From assembly GCA_951406725.2 (NCBI GenBank), contig OX597834.1:43152001-43216000 (forward strand): a DNA stretch of 64,000 bases, in the 5' to 3' direction. Made by a program: the position numbers and the translations under genes. Position 1 is the first letter of the stretch. Each line of letters starts with the position of its first letter. The notes below the pieces were generated by a model that did no database searches, had not been told where the DNA came from, and worked only from the letters and a program-made list of their open reading frames with translations. Below, piece by piece: positions 25,567 through 39,235 of the stretch. The DNA comes from Octopus vulgaris (lineage: Eukaryota).

Positions 25567-26002
25567 AGATACTTCGGAACAATACTTTTAAGGGCCATAA
25601 GTTGCCCAAACTTTAACTAATGACCCTCTTAGTGTTATTTACTCCCAAAATGGAATCTTTCAATGAAACGCAAATACATAGAGTTCGCGTTGCCTTTTCC
25701 TCCCGTCACAGTCATTCGGAAATTGCAACCTTCTTCAATATCGCTGGCTTCTTTGTGTTTAAGAATAGAAACGATTCCCTTGCTTGTGGCAGAATCTAAC
25801 TTTCGTAGCCAAAAGAAAAGATCATTCTCGTCACTGGTCATACATTCTGAGAAGAAAACTCGTGTCTGTTCAGTAAATCAACGTCACCTTCACCATGAAC
25901 CCTAGTTTCTCATTGAAGGCCGTTGCATGTATTTTACAGCACCCTTCGTATTTGTGTCGTTTTATGCATGTTTGTGTGCATTACAATAGAGGCAGACTGG
26001 GA

Positions 26003-26335
26003 AGGTGCAAGACGCAGTAGTTAGAGCGTCGGGCTCTCAACCATGAGGCAGTGAGTTCGATTTCTGGCCCATGCCATGCGTTTTGTTCTTGAGCAAGACA
26101 CTTTATTTCACGTTACCCTAGTTCAATCATCAGTTGAAACGAATTGCGATGCGATGTTACTGGTGCTAAGCTGTAGGGGACTTTGTCCCTTGGATAACAA
26201 CGGTGACGTGGAGAAGGGAGGCTCATATGCATGGGTAACAGCGGTTCTTCTATAATCAACCTAGCCCGGACTTATTCCCGGGAGTGTAACTCCGAGTTCG
26301 GTCACATAGCCATTCATGATCGAAGGGGGTCTTTA
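26003..26335 (+). mobile_element. SINE family D head and body with a distinct tail
   Basis: tRNA-like head (GAGTTCGATTTC), body TTCTTGAGCAAGACACTTTATTTCACGTT, tail unlike those at 29591 and 37763. Confidence 0.7.
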
Positions 26336-26988
26336 CTCTTTAGACTACGAAATACCCCACCACTTACACAATAATCCAATAAAGAAGCACTTAGATGATT
26401 CACATCACCAAAACCGACTAAACTCCATTCACACTGATATGTATTTGAGCGTCTTTTTATACGTTTATATATCTGAACATGTTTTTTAAAATGTTTATGT
26501 GAATGTGTTTTGCGTTTGAACGAATGAGTTGTTATTTGCGTATTTGAATGTATCAATTTGAAATTTTGTGTGTGTGCGTGTGTGTGTGTGTGTGTGCGTT
26601 GGTATATGCGTATGCATTCCTCATTTGTCTCTGTGCTAATGTATGTGTTTTTATGTATGTGTCCAACTCTTGGGGTTTGGTAAATGTCATTGATTTCCCG
26701 GCGGGACCCAACTGCCCATTATCGGTTATCTATCATTGCTACTGCTGCTTTCGTTGTATTCATATGTGTTTGTGGCGATTTGTATGTGTATCTGTGCTTC
26801 GAAGCGCGTAAATGTGTAGGTGTGTGGTCAACGTACATCTATGAATGCGTCAGTTCAATTGTTGTGTCTCTGGGCATAAATATATGTCTTACTCTATGTG
26901 TAAATGCATAACGATACATATGTGTATGTGTACTCAGCAGCGTGTATATGTGTAGGTTTGTAGACATGTATATTAATGTACACTTAAT

Positions 26989-27216
26989 CTTTTATTCTTT
27001 TATTCTTTTATTATCTTATATATTCCAGCCAATGGACTGCAGCCATGCTGAAACACGAGCTTGAAGGATTTTGGTCGAACAAATCGAGCCCACGACTAAT
27101 TTTTAAGCTGCATACATATTCTATCGGTTCTTTTGTCGAACCGCTAAGTTACAGCGACGTAAACACACCAACAGCTATTGTCAATAGGTGATGGGGTACA
27201 AATACACACACACACT

Positions 27217-27255
<39 letters not shown>

Positions 27256-27516
27256 GTTGTATACTGTCAATCTAACAAGAACGTGACAGTAGGGGGTACA
27301 CCTACGAGAGATTTAGAAATTCAATATTTCTTATATATATATATGCATATACATATACGACGGGCTTCTTTCAGTTACCGTCTACCAGATATACTCAGAC
27401 GTCTTTGGTCGGTTTGAGGGTATAGTAGGAGACACTTGGCCAAGGTGCTACGCAGTGGGACTGAACCTAAGACCACGTGGCAGGGAAGCACGCTTCTTAC
27501 CTCGCAACCACAACTG
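26989..27516 (-). mobile_element. SINE family B with an ~80-bp foreign insert in its internal TA tract
   Basis: Tail 26989-27200, insert 27251-27330, head and body 27357-27516. Confidence 0.8.
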
Positions 27517-27879
27517 TATCGGTAAATACATATATATATATATATATGCCTTACACTATGTGTATATTTCCATTTAACATTCCGTATATATGTGTTTCTA
27601 TTTGTGTCTGTATCTGTGAATGTGTGTAGAGTGTGAGTTCATGTGGGTGGGTCTGAGTGTGTGCTATTTATTTATGAGTGTATATATAAATTTATGACTA
27701 TGTATGGAATATGTACGTGTGTACATGCGTGTGCATCTTTGTGTACGCGTGTACCGTGTGTGTGTGTATGTGTGTGTGCGTGCGTGCGTGCGTGCGTGTG
27801 TGTTTAGAGATGTAGGTTCAATCCAGAACAATTAAGTGATCGTAATGATGTTACTATTAGAAATAGAAATGGCTGTTAT

Positions 27880-28375
27880 ATTTGTAATAGTAGTATTAAT
27901 ATTAGTATTAGTATTAGTAGTAGTAGTAGTACTAGTAGTAATAGCAGTGGTAGTAGAATCGGTAAAGATTGTGCTTAAAGTAATAAAATTAGTAAAAGTG
28001 AGGGATGTTGGTTGCAGCGGGAGTGGTTAACAATAGTAGCACTAATGGGAGGAGGAGGAGAATGAAGAGAAGGAGGGGGCGCAGAAGATGAGGTAGTGTT
28101 GTTGTTGGCCGTGATTACACTAACATTAGGGGCGTTCCTGGTGGTTGTGGTCACAACAGTTGAACCACCGACAGCAGTAGTACTAGTAGTGGTGATAGTA
28201 GCAGTAGCAGTGGTATTAGTATTAGTATTAGTATTAGTAGTAGTAGTAGTAGTTGTAGTAGTAGTAGCAGGAGCAGCAGTTGCTGCAATAGCAATAGTAA
28301 TAGTTAGGAGTAGTAGTAATATTAGTGATAGTTGTAGTAGTCGTAGTAGCAGCAGCAGCAATACCAGGGGTAGCA

Positions 28376-28428
<53 letters not shown>

Positions 28429-28444
28429 CGTGGTAGTAGTAGAA

Positions 28445-28490
<46 letters not shown>

Positions 28491-28888
28491 TAGCAGCAGG
28501 TTCAGTAGTAGTGCTAATAGGAGGAGAATGGAGGTGGACCAGGTAGTAGTATGGTGATGATGATGATGATGCTGAGGACGAGGAGAAGATTGTAATATGT
28601 TTGATGCGAAATTTAATTAAGCCCCTCACATTCTTTTTATTGTGGACGTCGATGATGGTGATGATGACGACGACAATGATGATGATGATGATGACGACAT
28701 GATGATGATGATGTTGATGATGATGATGTTGACGATGATGACGATAATGATGATGATGATGATGACGACATGATGATGATGATGTTGATGATGATGATGT
28801 TGACGATGATGACGATAATGATGATGATGATGATGACGACATGATGATGATGATGTTGATGATGATGATGTTGACGATGATGACGATA

Positions 28889-28921
<33 letters not shown>

Positions 28922-28945
28922 TTGATGATGGTGATGATGATGATA
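27880..28945. repeat. (TAG)n then (GAT)n trinucleotide domain with a 71-bp higher-order repeat x3
   Basis: GACGACAT marker recurs at 28693, 28764 and 28835. Confidence 0.9.
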
Positions 28946-29408
28946 TTGTAGTCGTACTTGTTCTTGTTGCTGTTCTTATTGTTGCAGCTGCTATTGATGA
29001 GGTTTTTTGCTATTTTTTCTTTACTCGTATTTATTTTTTTTTTCTGTTCTCATTTTTTTTATTTACTCAGGTTTATTTTTTATATGTGAATTATTTTTTG
29101 TTGTTATTGGGACCATTTATTTATTTATTTTTTTAAAAAATATTTGTGTTGCATTTCATGTTAAAATTATCTAATTAATGAAATATTTCCTTGTTAACCC
29201 TAGCATATTTATTGGCCAGAACGGCCTGAAATAGCAGCGAAATTCATTATTAAAAAGAGAGAGAGAAATCAGGGAGCCTGTACCCTATCAATTAGTCTCC
29301 TAAAAATAAAAGCCAAACGACCTTAAAACAGAACTCAACAATCTTGACCACGACCCCACAAGAGAAACACACGCATGGTTTCTGTATATCGCTATGTTTG
29401 GGTTTAGC

Positions 29409-29574
29409 TACGTTCTGAGTTCAAATTCCGCCGAGGTCGACTTTATTTTCATCCTTTCGGGGTCGATAAATTAAGTACCAGTTACGCACTGCAGTCGATG
29501 TACTCGACTTAATCCGTTTGTCTGTCCTTGTTTGTCTCCTCTGTGTTTAGCCCCTTGTGGGTAGTAAAGAAATA
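29409..29574 (+). mobile_element. 5'-truncated SINE family A (A1 tail) with target-site duplication
   Basis: Flanked by GCTATGTTTGGGTTTAGC at 29391-29408 and 29575-29592. Confidence 0.9.
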
Positions 29575-29590
29575 GCTATGTTTGGGTTTA

Positions 29591-29912
29591 GCGCGTGGCT
29601 TAGTCGTTTGGGCGTTCGGCTCACAATAGTAAAGTCGAGGGTTCGATTCCTGGTGATGTGTTGTGTCTTTGAGCAGGACACTTTATTTCATGTTGCTCCA
29701 GTCCACTCAGCTGGTCCAAATGAGTTGTATCTTTATTTCAAAATCCAGGCTTGTCCCATTATATGTCACGCTGAATCTCCCTGAGAACTACGATAAGGGT
29801 ACTCTACGCCTATCTGTCGAGTGCTCAACCACTTGCTCGTTAATTTCATGATCAGGCGGTTCCATTGATCGGATCTACTGGGGCACTCGTCGTATTAACT
29901 GACGGAGTGCCA
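29591..29912 (+). mobile_element. SINE family D with the tail shared with family C
   Basis: GCGCGTGGCTTAGTCG...GGTTCGATTCC...GAGCAGGACACTTTATTTCATGTTGCTCCAGTCCACTCAGCTG...GTCACGCTGAATCTCCC...GACGGAGTGCCA. Confidence 0.85.
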
Positions 29913-29972
29913 GTTTTAAATGACGAAGGATTAGACTAAGCCGGAAGAGAATTTGAGAGTGTAATGATTATA

Positions 29973-30446
29973 GTCTTGGTATAAAAGATGGGCTACAGCA
30001 AATATTCTACTCAAAACCACAGATTTACTTGTCAGTTGTTTGACCATAACCAGTTGAGCATGTCCCTTAGTGGCTGATGATATGTGCATCTCTGATCACG
30101 AGCAGAAGTAGTGGGGGAGCATCATAGCCATGTGTTGAGAGGAATTATTTGGGGTTTAAATAATTCACCTTTGGAAACATGGTTGGTACGTTCAATATCC
30201 TTAAACAAACCTTATTTAGGGACCTTTTGAGCGGGATGGGTTACTCGACCAGAAGAAAATTCTAACTGGGTTCCACCTGCAAGGTCATACGCTGCTTATC
30301 TTGATATGAGATCACCATGTCACGCACATAGTTGAGATGAATGTGCTTGGTGTACCCTTATCAGACGGGTAGGCATGATGGAAATACTGGGCTTCGTATA
30401 TTTTACCCCAGTGTCCCTTTGATGGCATGCACTGCTCTCCCACTCA
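29973..30446 (+). mobile_element. Element E, 5'-truncated copy ending in (AAT)n
   Basis: Reverse complement of about 7621-8096; followed by AATAATAAT. Confidence 0.85.
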
Positions 30447-30659
30447 ATAATAATAATAATGATAATAATAATATTAATAATTCTTCTTCTTCTTCTTCTT
30501 CTTCTTCTTATTATTATTATTATTATTATGATTTCATTGATTTGCCATCAAGGCGAAAGATGAGGGGGACGATACAAAGATAGACATAAAGTGTCGGGAT
30601 TTACATATAACGAAATGGAAACATAGATAAATAAATAAGCAAAAGGAAAAAATCAAAAA

Positions 30660-30845
30660 ATTAGTTTGAAATTTTGGCAGAATACCCGTAGAGCTGCGAG
30701 AAGGAGTTAAGTTGCTTATTTAGAATTCAGCGTTTCTACTGGTACTTATTTTACCGATGCCGATTTGATTGAATGTATCGTTGACCTCGGCGGAATTTGA
30801 ACTCAGAACGTAACGAGGAACGAAATGACGCCTAGGTTTTGGCTC
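30660..30845 (-). mobile_element. SINE family A
   Basis: GACCTCGGCGGAATTTGAACTCAGAACGTA is the reverse complement of the B-box region. Confidence 0.7.
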
Positions 30846-30992
30846 TGTCAAATATTTTCTTATACAATATTTCATCGGGGAAGAAGCCAAAAGTCTGCCT
30901 GTCTGTACATATACGGTATTACAAGAGGGCCTTTCCGAAGAGACAAAAACGAAACTCATTCAGCAATTTTGTCTTCTGATAAAGTTGCTAGG

Positions 30993-31045
<53 letters not shown>

Positions 31046-31129
31046 GAGGCTTAGAGTAGATATAGGAACGAAGAAAATTATTGAAAATTATTCTTAAAAC
31101 ATGCTAATATATATCAATGCATGAATATT

Positions 31130-31334
31130 ATATAATGTTAATAATAATAATAACAACAATATTGATGATGATAACGACGACGACGATGATGATGATGATG
31201 TTAATAATGATGATGATGTTCATAATGATGATGATAAAGATGATAATGATGATAATAATGATGATGATGATGAAGATGATGTTGATAACAACAACAACAA
31301 AAACAACCACAACAATAATAATAATAATAATAAC

Positions 31335-31369
<35 letters not shown>

Positions 31370-31577
31370 TAATAATAATAATAATAATAATGATAATAAT
31401 GATTACAATAATAATAACAACATTTGAAATCAATAATAACAACAGCAATCAGATAATAAAGTAATTATCAGAAAACAAGTTCAGATACTTTCATTTTTAT
31501 CAAACTCAATATACTTGACTCCCTGCAGTGAATAGTTAGAATTTTGATGAATTATGCAATTAACGAGAATACTAGCG

Positions 31578-31618
<41 letters not shown>

Positions 31619-31887
31619 TAAAAATAATATAAACGACCAAAACCAAAGCGCTGCAAAACCAAAAAAATCAGTGAAATGAAGAAAAAAAAGGCAAAAAAAT
31701 AATAAAATATAGTTAAAACTTTATTTAAAATCTGTCCTATTAGATTTCTCCCTCATTATATCCCATCTGTTCTATTAATCGATAAGAGTTTGACTTTTTG
31801 TATTTTCAATGAGTGAAATATAATATCATAAATATTCGAAATTATATTTAAAAATTTTACAAATACATATATGTATATGCACGTATG

Positions 31888-31918
<31 letters not shown>

Positions 31919-32092
31919 CGTTACTGTAATGATAAAAGTAATAACTACAAGAATAATAGTATTAATGATTAATAATAATAATAATAATAATAATGACAAC
32001 AACAACAACAGCAACATCTAATAATGGTGTTGATGTTAGTAATGATCACCACGACGACGATGGTGATGATAGTTGTGATGATGATGATGATG

Positions 32093-32125
<33 letters not shown>

Positions 32126-32206
32126 ATGATGATGATGATGATGATGGTGATGAAGTTGATGATGATGGTCGTGGTAGTGGTGATGAGGATTATTATAATA
32201 ATAATG

Positions 32207-32245
<39 letters not shown>

Positions 32246-32251
32246 GTAATA

Positions 32252-32293
<42 letters not shown>

Positions 32294-32330
32294 GTAATAA
32301 TGATAATTATAATAATCTTTGGTATTATTA
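31130..32330. repeat. (AAT)n/(GAT)n microsatellite blocks
   Basis: Blocks at 31130-31450, 31580-31630 and 31970-32330. Confidence 0.9.
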
Positions 32331-33223
32331 AAATATAACAGCTTAAAATATAAATGAAGAACACGAATTGATAATAATTATAATAACTTGAATTTAAAAG
32401 AAGGAAAAAAAAATTACTCAAAATATTTTCAATCTTTTCAAAGCCAAACTTTTGAATTATTAATTCCTATTCGCGTTATAATCAAATATAGATTCCCAAG
32501 GCAATAAAAGCTTTTTCGATAGATCTGCAGATATCGGTGTAGGGAAATGTTCTGGAGTAGAAGAAAGAGAGTCGTAATATAAGATGAAAGAGTGAGACAA
32601 TGAGGGAGAGGAATGCATTGAGGAGAATGGAGTGGAGTGGTGGTCGTGGAACGGGGGAGTATGCGTAATGAGTGGAGTGTTGAAGGAAGGGGTGGGGAAT
32701 GACGAAAGTAGATGACGTACAAGTAGAATGACTAAATGAAATGAGAAGAGAGGGAGAAAAAGGCGGGGAAGAGAAACGAAAGTGAAAGTAGAGAGGAAAA
32801 AGATATGGTCTGGTAATAGAAAGATTGGATGTGGAAGGAAGAAGGTCGAAGCAGGAGGAGAAAAATGAGTTTGGGAAGAGTAATGGGATGAGGACGAGGA
32901 GGAAGATTAGAACAGAAACAGATAGTGAGATAGGGAAGTGTGTGCAATCTTAAGAAGACATACAGAAAATAAATAACCACTCGAATTCAATTATCGACTC
33001 TGATTTAATTTTGTAAATGAAAGTAATTGTTTAGTGTGTGAGTGTGTGTGTGTCTGTGTGTAAGTGTGTGAGTGTTTGTGCATATGAATATGCATGTGCC
33101 TATATATGTGTTTCAGCTTCAATGCGATATATGTGATTATATGTGAGAATGTGTATGTTTAATTATTTTTTGTTTTAATACATAATTATTTTTGTCTTTT
33201 CATGGCTACTCATATACATATAT

Positions 33224-33268
<45 letters not shown>

Positions 33269-33286
33269 TATACATACATATATGTA

Positions 33287-33340
<54 letters not shown>

Positions 33341-33819
33341 TATATATATATATATATTTAATTTTATTTCTTGTGCTGTTGACAAGTTCCGCAGTCCACT
33401 TAATATGGTAAAGGAATTCAAGTTTATTCCTTACCCTCATTAGCATAAAAATAACAAACAATACAACAATAACAACAACAATAGAAACAATAATAACGTT
33501 TGCTCCTTCATCAACAAAAACAAGAGCAATAGAATAATGCAACGATGTCAACTGTTACAAGAAGAACATCAACGGCCCGTGATAATATTAAAAATCTACA
33601 CACAATAAAGGCAAGAATTGATAAGAATCGTGATAAAATGATATAAAAATGGATAATAGACTAATAAAATAACAAAGGATACCAACAAACACCAGCAAAA
33701 TCAACATTCGAATCCACGATATAACGACGTACACCATTACTGCGCTCTAATCATAATTACTTTTCGTAAACAGAAGCAAATTCAAAGATTAAATATTTTC
33801 GTTATATACTTGGCTATTG

Positions 33820-34105
33820 TTTTATTATTATTACCGTTATTGTTATTATTATTATATTATTATATTATTATTATTATTAAAGGATTATTATCATTATTAT
33901 TATTATTATTATTATCATCATTATTATAATTATTATTATTATTATCATCACCATCATCATCAATATCATCATCGTTATTCTTATTATAATCATTATTGTT
34001 AATATTGTTATTATTATCATCACCACCATCATCATCAGTATCATCATCGTTATTATTATTATAAATATTGTTTTATTATTATCATTATTATTATTATAAT
34101 TATTG

Positions 34106-34136
<31 letters not shown>

Positions 34137-34190
34137 TTTATCATCATCATCATCATCATTATTAATATCATTATTGCTGTTGTTGTTGTT
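33820..34190. repeat. (ATT)n/(ATC)n degenerate microsatellite
   Basis: Directly visible. Confidence 0.9.
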
Positions 34191-34969
34191 TTCTAATTTT
34201 TGCTGTCTTATCTTTGTTTAATCTATAGGCATCAAATTAAGATTTTGCTGTCGACGTTCGCCATTACGACTAGAATCAATGAGATTGCATCGCTCAGGCT
34301 CTGGTCATGCACACTACCAGCTACTAACACTGCATGAATAAAAACTTTTACTATAAATGTGCCAATGTCAGCTGAAAGATAATCTATTTCCAGTGTGCAG
34401 ATTGCAGCTGATATAATTGGCAAAAGTTTTCATGATTTGTTTCTAACAATCATCCGCAAAATAATGCAATAATTCTCTAATTGAACAAAATGGATATCGA
34501 TCGTACTTGGTTGGAATGCTGTGCATGTTATGACAAAATGAATTATTTAATAAGGCCTGCATCATTCCATCAGGAGAAAATTGTTTCAAGGAAATAAAAC
34601 AGCATTTTTGTTATTATTAAACATAGGTCTTTGTTACGGAGTGTTTATATTTGTATTTAGGCAATTGGAAATGAGTTAGCGAAACAGTCATCCATTCAGT
34701 GTGACTGTTATATATCTGAATGGCAGATTCATCTATGGATAATTAGTATACAGTCACACATTGACCCTTACTTTCTTTTAGAATTGCTTCCATTCCTATT
34801 GTCCATGTGACTCCTTGAAGATCAGTCAAGACAGATTTTTTTTCTATAAAGGAACAAAATACAAGAAGACCAAATGTGTAAGAAAAAGAAAGAAATCTTT
34901 ATTGATAGTTAATGTGAAACGCAGTAAATAAAGTCGAAACGTGTTGTCACTTAGCGTATGATATTCGCT

Positions 34970-35330
34970 AAGGCGGGGAGCTGGCAGAAACGTTAGCATG
35001 CCGGGCGAAATGCTTAGCGCTATTTCGTCTGTCTTTGCGTTCTCATTCCGCCGAGGTCGACTTGCATTTATCCTTTCGGCATCAATAAATTAAGTACCAG
35101 TTGTGTACTGAGGCCCATCAAATCGACTGCCTCTCCTCTAAAAATGTCGGGCATTGTGCCAAGAGTAGAAAATAATATCTCTTTTTATAAGAGCTACATT
35201 ATGTGTGTTCTTCTGTTTCGACCCCGAAGTGATGAAAGGCAAAGTCGACCTCGGTGGAATTTGAAACCAGACAGACGAAATGCCGCAAATCAATTTGCTC
35301 AGTATGCTAACGATTCTGCAAGTTCCTTCT
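34970..35330. mobile_element. Inverted pair of SINE family A copies
   Basis: Plus copy 34970-35170, minus copy about 35218-35330. Confidence 0.8.
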
Positions 35331-36714
35331 TATAACACATATATTGAGACTGCATCGTTGTGTGTAGATTCTTAATTCTCATAAAGCCTGTTTCTGCACA
35401 ATTTTTAATGATTTTTTATTTACCATCTTGTAATCTCATGTATTCCTTACGTGACCGTCGTGGTTTATATTCAACCAAAATGTATCTAAGACTATTTCAT
35501 AACAAGTTCAATAATGTTTTTCCAAGAAGATAATTTTGGCAGCAATGAGAGCAGATAGGAGTTCCAGCTAGAATTCGTCAAATCTTTAGACGGTTTAAAT
35601 GTGCAAATCTCCGATATCCGAATGGCTAAAAGTGACAGGAGAAGGGTACCCAGGAGTGATGACCTTGATATGGCCCGGAGTCACTGAGAGGACCTCTGCT
35701 GTTCAGCTCCGTTGTGAGTTTCATACCGCTGAGCATAATGCATCTGATAACGTTTTAAACAAAATATTGTGTGATTGGAGAGACATCTTGCTGCTATTTC
35801 TAATATAATGAAAAATTACGTAGAAGAACTTTCCGGCATTAAAATATTAATATATTAATATTTAAATCGTTATTAACAAAATGAATAAGCAAAGACGGAA
35901 CAATAGCAAAGCGCACTAACACCGAATATAAATAAATAAATAATTTAATTGCAATTCTATACATTCTGATAACATAACCGAACAATTCCTATGATTGATT
36001 ATAGCAATCTGGGGAAGTTGAGTAGGTTGGGGCTGGGATAAAGGAAAAATACATTGCAAAGAAATGTATTATTAGATTACATATGCCATGAATAGCTTTA
36101 TTTGGATTAAGCAGCATCTGCCTTATTACCACTCTCTTATTACCATCATCTGTGTTATTAACCACTCCTTAATGCAATATATTAAGACTGGATAAAAACA
36201 AAACTGGTTGCACAGAACAAAGAAATAATATATGTAATGAATTGCTCTAAGCAAGGGATTAGAATTATTTCCGTGTATATTAATATGGAGAGGGTATTAA
36301 TAATAGTAATCCTTACTTTAGTGTTCACAAGGGACTATATTTATATATACGATAAAAAGCGCGTCTTGTAAAAGGAGCGGGGAAAATGTGTGGAGTGGAA
36401 TAAAAATCGTAATACAATACGTTAAAACCCATTCAAAAGTCAAACCAGAAAAATAACAGAAATCATTATAAAAATGAATGTAAAACCGCTAAACTCATCG
36501 CTTTTTTGCAAACCGATTCCTTTGAATTATGTTTCGAGCAACTCTGAATTTGGTTGGAGGGTGAAGCTTCTCTCAATCTGTGTATCAAAATCCCTTCTCT
36601 GTATAAGGATCTTTGGGAAACACTAGAGGAGGATGTTCAAGGCCTTCATGCTATGATTTCAGCTGTCATATACGAAAGTCTCTGTTCTTCTTATTTGTTA
36701 CATCTTTTTTTTTT

Positions 36715-37136
36715 TTTACTTCTTTTACCCTTTATTTGTCTTAGTCATGCTGAGGCACCACCTTGAGGAATTTTAGTCGAAGGCAACTACCCCAGCAACT
36801 GTTTATTTATTAATTAATTTCTTAAGCCTAGTAATTATTTTATCAGAAACATCTGCCGAACCGTTAACCTATGGTGACTTAAGCACATCTACATTTGTTG
36901 TCAAGCAGTGGTAGGAGACAAACACAGACACAAAGACAAACACACGCACACACATACACATGCATATATACGAAGGTCTTATTTCAGTTTCCGGCTAATA
37001 AATCCATTCAGAAGGCTTTCGTCGACCCGAGATTGTTGTAGAAGACACTTGCTCAATATGCCATGCAGTGGGACTGAACTCAGGACCATATGGTTGGGAA
37101 GCATGCTTCTTACTACAGGGCAACAGCAACGCCTGC
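36715..37136 (-). mobile_element. SINE family B
   Basis: GCAGTGGGACTGAACTCAGGACCATATGGTTGGGAAGC head (reverse complement), CA tract, tail GCCGAACCG...TTGTCAAGC. Confidence 0.8.
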
Positions 37137-37556
37137 ATCTATGCATGTATATAAACTTTGGTTATTTAAAACAGTAATCAGCTATTTTTGTGTTCGATAT
37201 AATCTTATTGCCTCTCATCCTGGATCAGTTTAGCATTCTTGTAATCTTCAATTACTTTAAAATTCTCACCACTTTCCGGTATCTTATTCTAACAACCTCG
37301 ATGTGTGGGCCAAATAGGGAAGAGTGGGCCCCTTCCTGAAAATCTTCCAAACGCATATGTCATGTCAATTTGAGTTTATTCACTTTTTCAGCTCTCACCC
37401 CAGAGTCCAAAATCAATTATTATTATTATTTTTATTAGCGTGGAATGTGCTTCATAACATAAAGACAAGAAACAAATATTTCAAAGGCAGTATACCCAAG
37501 AAAACAACAGAAAGATTGGATATTTTACTTTTATAAGTTTAAAAAAAGTTGCCAGC

Positions 37557-37628
37557 TGACAGCCACGGTATTCGAACCCGTAGTTCTCAGATAGTGACTG
37601 AGTACTCTGTTATTAAGCCAAAGTGGCC
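37557..37628 (-). pseudogene. Degenerate tRNA-like sequence, isotype uncertain
   Basis: Reverse complement GGCCACTTTGGCTTAATAACAGAGTACTCAG-TCACTAT-CTGAGAACTACGGGTTCGAATACCGTGGCTGTCA: 5-bp anticodon stem, GGTTCGAAT B-box, poor acceptor stem. Confidence 0.5.
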
Positions 37629-37762
37629 ACTGAAAACAAGCTCCTTCAAATTATGCGCTAAATAACATAACTTATTGGGAATGCAACATCATACGTAAAA
37701 AAAGAAATATTTTTATGTTCATTTTTTTTTTTTGAAGCGTCGAATGTGTTTCATATTTTACA

Positions 37763-38070
37763 GTGAGGGCGCGTGACTTAGTGGTTAGGGCATTGGGCTC
37801 ATGATCGTAAGGTTGTGACGTATTGTGGCCGTGAGCAAGACACTTTATCTCATGTTGCTCCAGTCCACTCAGCTGGCAAAAATAAGTAGTACCTGTATTT
37901 CAAAAAGGGCCACCCTTGTCACACTCTCTGTCACGCTGAATCTCCTTGGGAAGTACGTTAAGGGTACAGGTGTCTGCGGAATGGTCTGTCACTTGCACTT
38001 TAATTTCACGAGCAAGCTGTTCCGTTGATCGTACCAGCTGGGACCTTCGTCGTCGTAACCGACGGAGTAC
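37763..38070 (+). mobile_element. SINE family D with the tail shared with family C
   Basis: GGCGCGTGACTTAGTGGTTAGGGC...GAGCAAGACACTTTATCTCATGTTGCTCCAGTCCACTCAGCTG...CGTCGTCGTAACCGACGGAGT. Confidence 0.85.
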
Positions 38071-38450
38071 TCTTATATGTATACATATTTTACAGACAAG
38101 AAAAATAATATTTCGAACGCAACATAACCTTGAAAACAGCAGAAAGATTAGATATTTTAATCTTACAAGACGGTAAAAGTTGCCAGCAGATACCATAAAA
38201 GCTATGATATTTAGTTTAATTTGAGGGATTTGTCGGTAGTTGGCAGTTTAGCTTAAAAGTAGAGGACGCAGCCGGTATCGGAGGGGTGAGGTCCCGTGGT
38301 TGTCTACTAGTAACGTTTTTTTCTTTCTATTTTATACCCGATCATTTTGCTGTTTTCAAGGCTAAACCGCGTTCAAAATATTACATTCTTGTGTGTATAA
38401 TTTCTTTATACGTGAGTTTATATTTGCACATCCATACACACACACACATG

Positions 38451-38482
<32 letters not shown>

Positions 38483-38807
38483 ACTATGCTAACAAATGTC
38501 TGTGTAAGAGGGCCACATATTTTTCTTTTATCGTATTCAGAAAAAAAAATCCCAATGTCAACTTCCTGAAATGTCTCGAGAGGGAGATAAAAGACAGCTT
38601 ATGTGAGTGAATTCTCATTTTGAACTTGTGGAATGAAAACTCGCTCATTGTTCTCGAAAGAGACCCTACCAGCTTCCTGCATCGATTCAGCGATAGGTAA
38701 AGGCTGAGCACATTGGGCGACATTTAAATTCCTTTTAAATATTTAATCATCCATACTCGTTAACATTTTGTACGACATTAGGACTCTGCATAGTCATTCA
38801 GGAGACT

Positions 38808-39235
<428 letters not shown>

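Noticed and set aside
25635-25905. 68-aa and 80-aa ORFs in unique sequence
   Set aside because: No recognisable motif or convincing splice sites.
27836-28842. Ser/Thr/Val/His-rich mucin-like ORFs
   Set aside because: TAG and GAT microsatellites; the 71-bp period breaks frame.
31117-32421. Poly-Ile, poly-Met, poly-Asn and poly-Asp ORFs
   Set aside because: AAT/GAT repeats.
32560-32970. Strongly purine-skewed segment with minus-strand ORFs
   Set aside because: Compositional bias only; no family could be assigned.
38541-38602. Possible small plus-strand exon (TTCAG...GTGAGT)
   Set aside because: Splice-like motifs only; the peptide is unrecognised.
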